Program-made: the position numbers and the translations under genes
Origin: an uncultured Verrucomicrobiae bacterium
GTDB lineage: Bacteria; Chlamydiota; Chlamydiia; Chlamydiales; Rhabdochlamydiaceae
Assembly: GCA_963718565.1 (NCBI GenBank)
Contig: OY970364.1
Location: 320,001 to 384,000 of the forward strand
DNA length: 64,000 bases
Reading direction: 5' to 3'
Shown here: positions 30,678-42,339 of the stretch, in pieces
Layout of the letters: each line of letters begins with the position of its first letter
Position numbering within the stretch: position 1 is the stretch's first letter
Notes under the pieces: model-generated
The model's input: only the letters and a program-made list of their open reading frames with translations
The model's database searches: none
Told to the model about the DNA's origin: nothing

Positions 30678-32234
30678 ATGAGCTCATCTATCGGCCATCC
30701 AAGCCTTAAAGTTGACACTTTACCCTACAACACCTCAATTTTAGAGGTGCCATTAGAAATCACCTGTCTATTTTTCACCTGGTTGACTGCTCAGGAAATC
30801 GGAACAGCTCCCCTCGTCTGCAAACAATGGCATCAAATACTAGAGAAGGATGATGTTTGGCGCATACTACTTTATCGTTATTTTCCAGATATTAACCACA
30901 GCATTGTTAAAAACTTTAAAAACTTTAGGGATGCTTGCCAAACTATTCTCTGCAATTTTGACAAAGTACTGTATGTTTCATATACCCTTCCAGGACACAA
31001 AGTAGATAGAGAGCTGGTTGCATTTGTTACTATTAATGGTAATACACTCTTTTCGGTTGATGATGCCTGCAGAATCAAGGGCTGGGATCTAAACACAAAA
31101 AAATGCATAATGACTCTTCAAGACTCTGAAAGTGAAAGAATTACCTCTCTTGCTGTTTCTGCTGTTTCTGGCAGAAGAGTCTTTTGTGGTGCTGATGAGT
31201 GTACACTCACAGTCTGGGATATAGATAATGGAGTTTGCCAAGGAGTCTTCGGCGTAGGCGGGGCGTATGCACGTAAAAGCCACTCGGTTGGCTCTCTTAT
31301 CACGGATGGGGATGGTAAGACGCTCTATTCGGGTGCTGATGACGGTACAATTACGATTTGGGATCTTAAGACAGGAGCGTGCGAAAGGATTATCGAAGGG
31401 CACAGATGGGCAGTGTGCTCTCTTGCCATTACTCATGATGGGCAACTTATTTCTGCCTATCGGGGCGGCGCAATTAAGATCTGGAATCCTAAGACAGGAG
31501 AGTGCGCAAGGGTTATCAGGGAGCGCACATACGGACTGGACTCTGAGCATTCTGTCATTATTAATCACGCTCTTGTCATTACTGGTAGGGGGGAACTTGT
31601 TTCTGGCTCTGGAGACGGCGAAATCAAGATCTGGAATCCTAACACAGGAGAGTGCACAATGACCATTTCAACAGGTGGTGGAGTTGAGATTGTTGAGAGA
31701 CCTTGGCCTCTTGCCACTGCTTATAGAAAACTGTTTTCCACAGACACCGACGGCAAAATCAAGGTTTGGGATCTTGATACAGGAAAATGCACAGCGACCT
31801 TTTCGGTAAGGGTGCCCCTTTTAGAAATGGAGGGGGGCCGTGGGTATCGTTTTTCTAGCTCGTTTGGTTTTGGTAGTGGGAAGCTTGCCGCGCTACCCGG
31901 AGACGGCACAATCAAAATCTTGGATTTTACAGCAAGCCACAGCGCAATTTTTGAAGAGATTGCTAGATTGTTAGACAAAGGAACTCCGGAAGCCACTCGG
32001 GAAGCCCTTGAGCGATTTTCCAGGATGCCAAAAACAGCAAAAGATACAATCTACGAAAAGCTCTACGAGATTTGCAAACCTTTCGCTAATCCTTGTCAAG
32101 GATGCGCAAAAGATGCTTTTTATGACCAAAAAGGACAAAGTTCTACACCTGCGCAAAAAGCTCAAGCAATTCGGGATTATTTGCGCTGCCCCCCAAAAAC
32201 TGGACACTGGAATAAGAAATTAAATCGAGTGTAA
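30678..32234 (+). CDS. F-box + WD40-repeat protein (eukaryote-like effector); native 3' end replaced by the IS at 32182
   Basis: F-box VPLEITCLFFTWL...VCKQWHQIL...W. Multiple SGxxDGxIKIWD repeats. The last ~17 codons are IS sequence. Confidence 0.88.
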   Translation: MSSSIGHPSLKVDTLPYNTSILEVPLEITCLFFTWLTAQEIGTAPLVCKQWHQILEKDDVWRILLYRYFPDINHSIVKNFKNFRDACQTILCNFDKVLYVSYTLPGHKVDRELVAFVTINGNTLFSVDDACRIKGWDLNTKKCIMTLQDSESERITSLAVSAVSGRRVFCGADECTLTVWDIDNGVCQGVFGVGGAYARKSHSVGSLITDGDGKTLYSGADDGTITIWDLKTGACERIIEGHRWAVCSLAITHDGQLISAYRGGAIKIWNPKTGECARVIRERTYGLDSEHSVIINHALVITGRGELVSGSGDGEIKIWNPNTGECTMTISTGGGVEIVERPWPLATAYRKLFSTDTDGKIKVWDLDTGKCTATFSVRVPLLEMEGGRGYRFSSSFGFGSGKLAALPGDGTIKILDFTASHSAIFEEIARLLDKGTPEATREALERFSRMPKTAKDTIYEKLYEICKPFANPCQGCAKDAFYDQKGQSSTPAQKAQAIRDYLRCPPKTGHWNKKLNRV

Positions 32235-32649
32235 AGTTTTTCTCTAAAAAAACAAAAAGGAGAAAAACATTATGGCTAAACGAATCTCGCACCAAGCCAG
32301 TTTTAAAGGCAGGGTAGCGCTTGAGGCATTAAAGGAAGACAAGACACTATCAGACTTGGCCCAACAATTCAAAATACATCCAGCACAAATCACCAAATGG
32401 AAAAGTCAAGCAGTTCAAGGCATCTCGCGGCTGTTTGAAGATAGGCGTAAAAAAAAATCGGCCCCAGATATAGACATTGAGGCGCTTTATGCCCAAATAG
32501 GCAGGCTTCAGTCTCAGCTCGAATTTTTGAAAAAAAAACCGGGGTTGACAACTCTTGAGAAACGCAGGTTGATTGAACCTGAACATCCCATGTTGTCTGT
32601 CGAGGCTCAATGTGAAGCGTTGGGCCTCCCTCGATCTAGTTATTACTAT
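32182..32649 (+). mobile_element. IS3-family type b, truncated copy (left 468 bp)
   Basis: Matches 43300 onward up to TATTACTAT, then is interrupted by IS630. The remainder is absent. Confidence 0.9.
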
Positions 32650-33769
32650 ACTCTAGAAAATTGAAGTCTGGAGAGGATTGAGTTCAATTGTTTGGAAATT
32701 GTCGTTAATTCGCTTTTTCAGCATGTCTTTTAAATTAATAACGCCAGTGTTGAAAAAATCTCTAATTTTTTCAGTAAATTCATTGAATTTTGAATACAGT
32801 GTATTATAAGTAACACACTCTCTCATAACTTTCCATAAACGCTCAATAGCATTCAAATTTGGGGAATACGGAGGTAAGTAGTGTATTTGAATTTTGGTTT
32901 GGCTATCCAAATATTTTTGCACTTCCTTATTCTTGTTTGATCTGCCGTTGTCTAAGATTAAGTGGATTTTTTTTGCATCTGTATTAGCCGCTAACGTTTG
33001 GAGAAAATCGACCGCACTTGCAGCATCCACAGTGCTATATTCCTTCGTCACGACTTGCATTGCAGTCAATTCAATGGCACCAATAAAATGCAATCGCTCT
33101 TGCTTAGCGGTTGTTCCTAATGTCTTTATTTCGTTTTTTAGGATCCACCCAGCCACAGACTGGCTCTGATACTCAGGGTGTACAGCATCTCCAAAGAAAA
33201 TTTTCTCGCCTTCTTGGAGACCGGCTTTCAATTCATTGTATTTTTTAAGGAACGCAGCTTGTTTTTCGGGATCGAGCTTTCCTGGTACTTTGATTGGATG
33301 TTTATAAACAAATCCATGCCTCTTCAACCAATTTGTCATACCAGCCACAGTGTATTTCACTTGATATGCGTCTAGAACGTAGAGACAAATTTTGCTCATT
33401 TTGAGATACGTTATTTGACTCAAATGTCTCCTCAGCGCATCTTCTTGGTCTAGGGTTAACTTGGAGGCCTTTCCCAAATGTGGATCATTGATAGTTTTTT
33501 GCTTGGCATCGTATTCTCTTTGATAATCATAAACGGACGACTCGCTAATTCTTAAAATCGCCGCTATTTCCCCTGGACTGTGGCAATCATCCCTACCTAA
33601 AATGACGCATACACGGTTCCGTTCGTTGACATCTCTTGTTTTTTTACAAGCTGTTCTAAATATAAACGCTGCTCATTGGACAACTTTTGCATAGAAGCAT
33701 TATCCACTATCGCTGAAATATTTTTTAGGGAAATTTAAAATTTTACAGAATCCAATCATGAATAGTATA
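32647..33769 (-). mobile_element. IS630-family insertion sequence
   Basis: Ends TATACT... / ...AGTATA (TA target). Transposase 33692-32653 with FFGDAVH, LILDNG and YLPPYSPNLNAIERLW. The first ~18 codons are out of frame at an A7 run (33639-33645). Confidence 0.88.
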
Positions 33770-33770
33770 T

Positions 33771-33936
33771 ACGGCGCGCGGTTAGGTTTGGTGAATTTTG
33801 ACAGGCTGCGACTTTGCCAAATCGATCCTTCTCGCTCGCCTTGCTATTCAGCAATGGTCTCGCTCGTTCGGCCGCTTCGCTTCGATTTTGCTTCGTCTCG
33901 CAGAGTCAAAATTCGCCAAACCTAACCGCGCGCCGT
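33771..33936. mobile_element. Palindromic MITE (166 bp)
   Basis: IRs ACGGCGCGCGGTTAGGTTTGG(T/C)GAATTTTGAC. Abuts the IS630 end and the stop codon of the NUDIX gene. Confidence 0.85.
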
Positions 33937-34494
33937 CTACCATAATTTCCTGGAAAGCATGAGCGCTGTACAAAGAATGCCATCGATAGGAGATCCTGAG
34001 GCAATTTCATTCATGAGCTCTTGCTCTGTCTTAAGTTCGGTGTGGATCAGTTCAAAGGCTTCCAATGCTGGAGATTGCAAAAACTCGGCGTTTTCGACAT
34101 ACACGTAATGAATCACTTGCTCAGTGATCGCGGGCAAAGGATAGGCGCTGCCGGCAAGGATGAATTTTCCACCCCCGTATCCGGTTTCTTCTAAAAGCTC
34201 GCGCTTTGCTGCCTCCAATGGGGATTCTCCGGAATCGATGCGCCCGCCGGGACAGCTCAGTAGCCATTTTCCTGGAGGATGCCGGTATTCTTTATTGATC
34301 ACAAATTTGCCCTCTTTGGTTCTTGCCAAAACAACGGCAGCGTGGACGCCAATTTCGAGAACGGAATAAGAGAGGTTAGGACCGTGCGGTAATTGGAGGA
34401 GGTCGACGCGCACATTGAAATAACCTTTGTGAACAATTTCACTGGTTTTAACTTCAGGAATGAGGATGCGGCGAGGTAACTGTTCTTCAGTCAT
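33937..34494 (-). CDS. NUDIX hydrolase (ADP-ribose pyrophosphatase-like)
   Basis: EYRHP...PGGRIDSGESPLEAAKRELLEETG. Start MTEEQ overlaps the kinase stop (ATGA). Confidence 0.9.
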   Translation of the reverse strand: MTEEQLPRRILIPEVKTSEIVHKGYFNVRVDLLQLPHGPNLSYSVLEIGVHAAVVLARTKEGKFVINKEYRHPPGKWLLSCPGGRIDSGESPLEAAKRELLEETGYGGGKFILAGSAYPLPAITEQVIHYVYVENAEFLQSPALEAFELIHTELKTEQELMNEIASGSPIDGILCTALMLSRKLW

Positions 34495-37256
34495 GAGGTT
34501 TTTAATTTTTTTAGTTCTTTTTTTAAACGTTCGGCAGATTCTTTTTCTTTCTTGGGCGATTTTGCACAATGGTAATACAGAGCAAGTTGTCGGAATAGGG
34601 CGATTTTTTCCCAAGGAAAGGCTTGGAGGATCCACCCCTTTTTATCTCCGATTTTTCCGCGCAGATAATAACTGAGCAACATCGTTGTCGGAGGATGTGG
34701 CAAGTCGATCGAACCGCTAAAATGAGAGCGGGCAATCTTTTCCCCTTCTTCGTGAAGCAAATAACATCCCATCGGGATGAACAGGGGAGAATATTCATCG
34801 CTTAAAATTTCTGGAGAATAAGTTTCGAGGAGATGCTGAGCTTCTTTCCTCTTATTTTGCATCAAGCAGGTTTCAATATGCAATGCATCCAGAAATGGCG
34901 TAGGAGGGAAGAGCGCAAAAAAAGGAAGTGATTCTATGCTCTTATCATCGAGAAGAGCCCGATCAAACAGAAAATAAGCACACCGCATTTGAGCATTTGT
35001 AGGTGCTCCTGCAAGTTGGTGGGATAGGGCGGTTAAAGCTTCATGGACGCCCTTTTGATAGTAAAGAAGGGCAATGCGGATAAGCGTTGCAGCTTGCTCA
35101 GCTTCTAAAAAATGCAGGTTTTCTTCAACCCATTCTTTTTTGCCAATGAGGAGCAGAGCAAACATCGCATTAGCAATCACTTCAGAAGATGGGGAGGTTT
35201 CAATGATCTCGACAAGCGTGATCGGCTTTTGCAACCAAAAAGCAAGCTGACAAATGAGATATTCCTGTTCCGATTCATGCAATAAAAAAATGGGAAGCTT
35301 TTCTACATGCCTTTTTAAACTCGATATCAGCTGTGTATGATCTTGAGCATGGAAAACTTTGGGGAGATAACGCATGGCCAGCAGCGCGAAATGATAAGCA
35401 GGAATTCTTTCGCGAGATGAGGTTTCATGAAGCCGGAAAAGGATATGTTCGCGAATAAGGCGCAGCAAAGGGTGTTTTGGATATTTCCGCATGCACAGCT
35501 CTAAACATTTGATCTCTTCCTCGATTTCTTTGGAGGCTTTATAAACAAGAGACTTTCCGAGATATTCCAAAGGCGCCCCAGGAGTAAAACGCAGCTTGCT
35601 GAACTCATCGAGGGCTAGCAGGTAAAGGCGTTCTTTTTCCTTTTTTTTCTTGAGGATCGAAGTTTCTTCGATCAGCGTGATTCCTGCCCTAAAAAGGGCT
35701 TCCCTCCCTTCCGCACGACCAAGAAATGAGCTCGCAATTCGACGGTATTCAAGAAGTGCTTTATTGTAATTTTTATTCGCTAAAAAAGCATCGGGGATGG
35801 CCAGACAGTTGACCATGACATTTTGACTGCCGACACTGACTTTCAAAGGACGGATTTCAAAGTCCGCATCACGTGAGACAAGGCCGATATGGGTTCCTGC
35901 CAGAGGAGTATGGCTGAGGTAATGACAGACTTTGTTGTGGTCAATTGATAAAAAAAGATGGTGATCGATCTTCTCCAGGCAAATCTCATGCCATGTTTGA
36001 TCATCGATGCGCGCTTCGGGAACGGTCATTACCTCAACATCGCTATGGAAGAGGCGGCAGTCTGTGCCGATCCAGACGCAATATCCATCACTGAGACCCT
36101 TTCTTTCCGGAGCTTCTGGGATTCCTATGAGCAGGCCAACACCTTGAGACTCTCTTCCTAGCTTGACCTGTGCTTCTACTTTGGTATTTCCCGAGAAGGA
36201 TGCTTTTGAAATCATGAGATTAACCCATTCCATGATCTCAGGAGAGCGTGTGATTGCAGTGTGGCGAGCAAAAAGGACATTCTCTTGAAATTCCCAATCC
36301 TGCGGTTCATCGGTTTTAATCTCTGCGACGGGAATCCATTCAGGTTTTCCTTCGAGAAAACTTTTAAGCTCAGCGATGATCTCGTCGACACTTTGAAAAC
36401 GCTCACTAGGAGCATAATGAAGACAGCGTTTTGCAATATCAGCAAGATGTTGGGGAATATCGCGATAAGGGGCCACCTCTAAAGGGTTGACCAGCTTTTC
36501 TAAATGCATCGTCTTCTGGTAATTTTTAACGGAAATGCGCTGAAAAGGAACGCGCAAAGTCAATAGCTGATATAAGATAACTCCTAAAGAATAAATATCC
36601 GTGACTGCTTGCGAGGGTTCACCGCGTACGCGCTCGGGTGCAATGTAATTCAAAGTTCCAGGAACTTTTCCCGGCCGCGTTAAGTCTTTGTAATGGGCGT
36701 GTTCTGCGCTTTCTTTCTCGTCAAATGTTTCTGGTTTTCCAATAAAGTCAGCCAGTCCCCAATCGAGGAGAAGCACTTCGCCATATTTTCCCACGATGAT
36801 GTTGTCAGGTTTAAGATCTCGATGGACAATTCCTTTGGAATGCGTATAGGCAATCGCTTCGCAGACAGCCAAAAAGATGCGTGTCAATGCGAGGATAGAG
36901 GATCCAATGGGATGCTGAATCTCTCCTTCCCTTTCTTCTTCAAAACTTTGTCTTAAAATTTGTTTAAGTGTTTCTCCTTCGACATAGGGCATCGTATAAT
37001 AAGTGTGTTTCAAGCTTGGATCGATAGAAAAAATCGAAATAATGGACGGATGGGTGAGTTGAGCAGCGACGCGCGCCTCTCTTAAGAACCTCTCTTCCAC
37101 AATGGGATGATCTTTAAGCTCAGGACGAATTTGTTTGAGCGCCACTTGCCGTTTGCATACGGGATCGAAGGCGAGAAACACTTCTCCCATGCCTCCGCGG
37201 CCAAGACTTTTAAGAATCTGATAATGTCCGATTTTTTCAGGAAGAATGGTGTTCAT
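34491..37256 (-). CDS. pknD: Chlamydial Ser/Thr protein kinase PknD
   Basis: LGRGGMGEV, HRDLKPDNI, DWG, GTLNYIAPE. Long C-terminal region with FRAG and APLEYLGK motifs, and the ~920-aa size of chlamydial PknD. Confidence 0.88.
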   Translation of the reverse strand: MNTILPEKIGHYQILKSLGRGGMGEVFLAFDPVCKRQVALKQIRPELKDHPIVEERFLREARVAAQLTHPSIISIFSIDPSLKHTYYTMPYVEGETLKQILRQSFEEEREGEIQHPIGSSILALTRIFLAVCEAIAYTHSKGIVHRDLKPDNIIVGKYGEVLLLDWGLADFIGKPETFDEKESAEHAHYKDLTRPGKVPGTLNYIAPERVRGEPSQAVTDIYSLGVILYQLLTLRVPFQRISVKNYQKTMHLEKLVNPLEVAPYRDIPQHLADIAKRCLHYAPSERFQSVDEIIAELKSFLEGKPEWIPVAEIKTDEPQDWEFQENVLFARHTAITRSPEIMEWVNLMISKASFSGNTKVEAQVKLGRESQGVGLLIGIPEAPERKGLSDGYCVWIGTDCRLFHSDVEVMTVPEARIDDQTWHEICLEKIDHHLFLSIDHNKVCHYLSHTPLAGTHIGLVSRDADFEIRPLKVSVGSQNVMVNCLAIPDAFLANKNYNKALLEYRRIASSFLGRAEGREALFRAGITLIEETSILKKKKEKERLYLLALDEFSKLRFTPGAPLEYLGKSLVYKASKEIEEEIKCLELCMRKYPKHPLLRLIREHILFRLHETSSRERIPAYHFALLAMRYLPKVFHAQDHTQLISSLKRHVEKLPIFLLHESEQEYLICQLAFWLQKPITLVEIIETSPSSEVIANAMFALLLIGKKEWVEENLHFLEAEQAATLIRIALLYYQKGVHEALTALSHQLAGAPTNAQMRCAYFLFDRALLDDKSIESLPFFALFPPTPFLDALHIETCLMQNKRKEAQHLLETYSPEILSDEYSPLFIPMGCYLLHEEGEKIARSHFSGSIDLPHPPTTMLLSYYLRGKIGDKKGWILQAFPWEKIALFRQLALYYHCAKSPKKEKESAERLKKELKKLKTS

Positions 37257-37425
37257 TCAAAAGAGGATATCAGCTATTTGACAATTAGATGTACATCTTT
37301 CCACGCTTTTTAGCACGAACATTCATCGGTTTATTTAAATTTTTAACTTTTTTTGTTTTCTTTAAATAGTTTTAACTTGGTATACCTTCTTTCAGTTTTT
37401 TTTCTGATTAAATCACGAGGTTTCT

Positions 37426-38589
37426 ATGAGTCGCATCTCTGTCTTAGACCACACAGTACGAATGAACAATATCCAGCTCCAATCGAGCAACCATGTCCCC
37501 TCGCAAGGTACAGTGTCTTCTTTAAACGGTCGTTTAGTCGTCAATGCGGGAAACCGTTGTTTGGACGGTTGTTTGGATTGTGTGACTTCCATTCCAAAAA
37601 TGATCGGAAGATTCCTTAGGCACCGTTATGCGGATTTCCGGATGTTTTTCCGCTCCTCTATTTCCATGGTGGGAGGAACAACTCGAGAAGATATCCATCG
37701 CCGCATTGGCGAGATCCAGGAATTCATCGCCGTGATCGAAACTAGTAGGGATAGAAACGTTGTCAGAGAAGGATTTCGACGTCTTTCTCCTGGAGTCCGC
37801 GATCTCTTCTTTTATGTGGATCAAAATTATGTGGATGAATTTGTCCACAATCTTTCTCAAGCTCCAGAAATTGCGATAGAAATGATTCGCGAATGCGAAC
37901 AAGTCATCAGTTTTCAGCGTCAGCTCACCGCGGTCAATGCTTTCTATCGCATGTTTTTTGGTGGAACGAATGGACGTGCCACGAGAGTCCAACATCCTGA
38001 CATGACAACCCATCCTCGTCCATTTACACTGGTCACTGAAGATTTATTTTCTACGGTGTTCCCCCCTGGGCTAGTAAGAGTTGGAGGCAGTATCACAAGT
38101 GATGGTCAAGGGTCTGTAACGGTTCATGGATTTAACTTGGAGGTTCCTGGGACCGTTCCCTATGTTCAGAATGCAATTCCAGCTGACATCCAACAAAAGG
38201 CTATTGAAATTAACCGTCTGAAAACACAATTTGCCGCTTTAACTAATCCGCCGGCTGTTCCTGGAATTTTTAACGACATTATTATGGCAGATGATTTCAT
38301 GGAGATTCCTGTCTTCGATGCTTCACACCCAGGAGTTCAGAGTGCTCTTTTACCGGGCGCAACAACTACTGCAATAAATAACCGCGATGTCCGCCATCTT
38401 TTCGATAAAGATGCGCTTGAGAATCACTTTCAAGCTCATGGGAGTTCTTGGGCTCCAGCAAAATGTCCGACATGTCGCCATCCTGAGCATGGGGGGATTC
38501 GCCGTGAGTACTTGAGAGTTGACATAGATCTTCAAAATCAGATTCTGCAATTCTTAAGAAATGCTACGGGTAGTTCTTTAACTCGTTAA
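37426..38589 (+). CDS. Hypothetical protein with a C-terminal U-box/RING-like domain, putative effector
   Basis: PGIFNDIIMADDFMEIPV...HLFDKDALE...KCPTCR...DLQNQILQF follows the U-box pattern. Ser/Asn-rich N-terminus. Confidence 0.6.
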   Translation: MSRISVLDHTVRMNNIQLQSSNHVPSQGTVSSLNGRLVVNAGNRCLDGCLDCVTSIPKMIGRFLRHRYADFRMFFRSSISMVGGTTREDIHRRIGEIQEFIAVIETSRDRNVVREGFRRLSPGVRDLFFYVDQNYVDEFVHNLSQAPEIAIEMIRECEQVISFQRQLTAVNAFYRMFFGGTNGRATRVQHPDMTTHPRPFTLVTEDLFSTVFPPGLVRVGGSITSDGQGSVTVHGFNLEVPGTVPYVQNAIPADIQQKAIEINRLKTQFAALTNPPAVPGIFNDIIMADDFMEIPVFDASHPGVQSALLPGATTTAINNRDVRHLFDKDALENHFQAHGSSWAPAKCPTCRHPEHGGIRREYLRVDIDLQNQILQFLRNATGSSLTR

Positions 38590-38698
38590 GTGATTCAAAT
38601 GGGGCAATTTTTGCAAAATTTGCAAAAATTGCCTCGAAATCTACGGCAATCTACTATAAAATCAACCTAGTAGAGGGAATTGCAAAACTCAGGTCTAG

Positions 38699-39706
<1,008 letters not shown>

Positions 39707-39725
39707 TTTCAACATGTAGGAGAAT

Positions 39726-40718
39726 ATGAAATTTCTGCCTCTTGCCATCACTGTTTTGATTTTTCACTGCCACCCGTCCCTAAACAGGCTTGAAGCAAAC
39801 ATTCCATCAGAATTTGTAATTAGTCATTCTATTCCTATTGGCCATTTTCCTGTTTCTATTGCCATCACAGAGGATGATGAGTGGGCTTATGTCGCCAATT
39901 TTGGAGGTAATGATGTGACACCGATTGATCTTACTCAGGGTGTTGCGCACAATCCGGTTTCCGTAGGAACGTGCCCTTGTTCTATCGCCATTTCATCTCT
40001 TGAGAAAACCGTGTATGTTGTGAATAGTCTGGATAGTACGATCACCACAATTTCTCTTGCTTCCGGTATTCCCGGTGCAACTTTTCCTCTAGGGTATGCT
40101 CCTAATTGCATTTCTATACTTTCCAAAGAGCCCATCGGCTATGTCCTCAATCAAGGAGAGAGCGATCCTCACAATCCTACCTATGGGTATCTCATTCCTT
40201 TGGATCTTTCCAATAATAGGAGTGGAAAAGCAATTTTTACAGGCAACAGTCCCACAACGATGGCGATAACCCCCGATGAGAGGTTTGCCTACGTCGTTAA
40301 TCTTGGCGATGCCACTGTAACGCCTATTGACTTAAAGGAAGGAGTTCCTCATCTCCCTCTTTCCGTGGGCAGTACGCCCGTGGCCATTGCAATGACGCCT
40401 GATGGAAACATGGCTTATGTGGCCGACCTCCAAGAGAATTGCGTTTTCCCAATTGACCTCTCCACGCGTTCCGTTCATTCTCCGATCGCAGTTGGAGTGT
40501 CTCCTCGAGCAATTGCCATCAGTTCCGATGGAAAAACCGCCTTTGTGGCCAATTCCGATGATAACACCCTCTCGTTGATTGATCTTGCGACATGTGTGCA
40601 AACCTCCATTGTTCCTGTGGGAAAAGGGCCTTCGTTCATTGCCATTTCTCATGATAACAATAGGATCTATGTCGTTAATAGAGGCAGCAATGATGTGACG
40701 GTACTCTCAAGAAAGTAG
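39726..40718 (+). CDS. Exported YncE/YVTN-type 7-bladed beta-propeller
   Basis: Signal-like N-terminus. Repeated VGxxPxxIAIxPDxxxAYVxN units. Confidence 0.85.
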   Translation: MKFLPLAITVLIFHCHPSLNRLEANIPSEFVISHSIPIGHFPVSIAITEDDEWAYVANFGGNDVTPIDLTQGVAHNPVSVGTCPCSIAISSLEKTVYVVNSLDSTITTISLASGIPGATFPLGYAPNCISILSKEPIGYVLNQGESDPHNPTYGYLIPLDLSNNRSGKAIFTGNSPTTMAITPDERFAYVVNLGDATVTPIDLKEGVPHLPLSVGSTPVAIAMTPDGNMAYVADLQENCVFPIDLSTRSVHSPIAVGVSPRAIAISSDGKTAFVANSDDNTLSLIDLATCVQTSIVPVGKGPSFIAISHDNNRIYVVNRGSNDVTVLSRK

Positions 40719-40723
40719 ATGTA

Positions 40724-41089
40724 TTATTTGTGCTGGTCTTCTTCAATTTCCTGGTTGATATCTTCTTCCTCTTCTTCTAGAGGTTCCTCTTTGCTTTCTA
40801 AAAACTCGCGAAAGAGGATGTAGATGCCTCCGAGCGCGAAGAGCACAGGAAGAAGAATTTGCCAGGAGATACTGAACTGCACCGTCACAAACACCCCGAT
40901 GAAGACAAATAAAGTCACTCCCATATCATAATGGCGGCCTAAGAGATATTGTCTTAGGGCTAATGGAATCCCGACGGCAAGCATAATTCCTGGCCACCAG
41001 GCATTTAAATAAGCGACGATCGCAAGTCCGATAAGAAAGAGGGCAACCGACAAAGCTTTGGCTCGTCTTTTTGAGACCATTTGACTCAT
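40724..41089 (-). CDS. Small integral membrane protein with an acidic tail
   Basis: AGGA RBS before MSQMVSKRR. Four TM segments, WWP motif, Glu-rich C-terminus. Confidence 0.75.
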   Translation of the reverse strand: MSQMVSKRRAKALSVALFLIGLAIVAYLNAWWPGIMLAVGIPLALRQYLLGRHYDMGVTLFVFIGVFVTVQFSISWQILLPVLFALGGIYILFREFLESKEEPLEEEEEDINQEIEEDQHK

Positions 41090-41130
41090 AATGATTCCTT
41101 TTTGTTCAAGAGGGAATTGCAATTCCCTCT

Positions 41131-42339
41131 TCAATAAATCAAAATACTTTGGTAGTTGAGGACTCCAAATGCCCAAATTCCAACCAGCATGTGGGAAACA
41201 GAAGGACCCACAATTGTTTGTTGGCGTTCGTAGATCAATCCCCAAATGACTCCTAAACCAAAAGCACAAAAAGCTAAACTGAACGATCTTAAACCATGAA
41301 AAAGCCCAAAGAGAAGATTCGAAGTGATTACTGCTAAGAACGCCCGATTAGGTGCTGTGAAGAAATTTCTCAAAGAACTTTGCAAACAGCCTCTAGCGAT
41401 GAATTCTTGGACGGGAACTAAAGCAGTGTAGAAGAACAGCAACAGACAAAAATTCACTTGTTTCTGCGGTTTGCCAAAAACATGATTAAAAGCTGTGTGC
41501 AAAAAGATGTGAGATTTATTCCCGAACTCAAACAGAGACAATTTGCTAAATTCGGGGACCGTTTTGATTAGGAACCATTTAAGTCCAACCATAAAAATCA
41601 AAATGGGAATCGTAAAAAGAACTGCTTCCAAGACATTTTTTTTCCATTGTTTGAGTGAAAGCCCATAAAATTCACGAGGAAAGTGGCTGCGTTTGACGAT
41701 AAGAACACAAGAAATTCCAAACAAGATGATGAAAGAAGAAACAAGCAACTGAGAAATCAGTGAATAGGATCCATACTCTTCAAAAAACTTCAAAGTATAC
41801 ACAAAAAAAGTCAGAAGAATAAAGAAGTGGATAATGAATCGACTCATCTGATCATGAGTTTTAGCGACACGGAGCTCTTCTTTAATGGAGCTGACAGCAG
41901 CTTCATTAGCTTTTTCAAGTCGTTGAGCCGCTTTTCTGGCGATATTTTTTAAAATTTTAGAAAAGGAAGGAGACTTCTCAATGAGAAGATCAAGGTCTTT
42001 TAAATTTAAAATCATCACTTCCGTATTTTCTAAAGCCTTTGCAGAAGTCATGCGAGTTTTCGTTCCTAAAACAGCCATTTCCCCAAACCATTCACCGGGG
42101 TGCAAAATTGCCAATCGATAGAGCGCTTCTGTTTCTTTGTCTTTTTTCAGGATCTCAACGCTGCCTTGATCGATCAGGAATAAATCGTCTCCTTTTTCCT
42201 CTTCTTTGACGATAAATGCATCTTTGTCGTAACTCGCGATTCTTATCAATGGAAGAAGTACGTGTAATTCTTCTTCAGAAAGGTTATGAAAAAGCTCGCA
42301 TTGCTTTAAATAGTCGATCAGTTCATTTTGCCTGACCAT
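41131..42339 (-). CDS. Cyclic-nucleotide-binding domain fused to a CPBP/CAAX-type intramembrane metalloprotease domain
   Basis: N-terminal GEWFGEMA...RMTSAKA (cNMP-binding). C-terminal QEFIARG, FGLFH and HxxxG within a multi-TM region. Confidence 0.8.
   Translation of the reverse strand: MVRQNELIDYLKQCELFHNLSEEELHVLLPLIRIASYDKDAFIVKEEEKGDDLFLIDQGSVEILKKDKETEALYRLAILHPGEWFGEMAVLGTKTRMTSAKALENTEVMILNLKDLDLLIEKSPSFSKILKNIARKAAQRLEKANEAAVSSIKEELRVAKTHDQMSRFIIHFFILLTFFVYTLKFFEEYGSYSLISQLLVSSFIILFGISCVLIVKRSHFPREFYGLSLKQWKKNVLEAVLFTIPILIFMVGLKWFLIKTVPEFSKLSLFEFGNKSHIFLHTAFNHVFGKPQKQVNFCLLLFFYTALVPVQEFIARGCLQSSLRNFFTAPNRAFLAVITSNLLFGLFHGLRSFSLAFCAFGLGVIWGLIYERQQTIVGPSVSHMLVGIWAFGVLNYQSILIY

Noticed and set aside
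41090..41269. N-terminal extension of the small membrane protein
   Set aside because: It overlaps the upstream gene and a repeat scar; an RBS supports ATG 41089.
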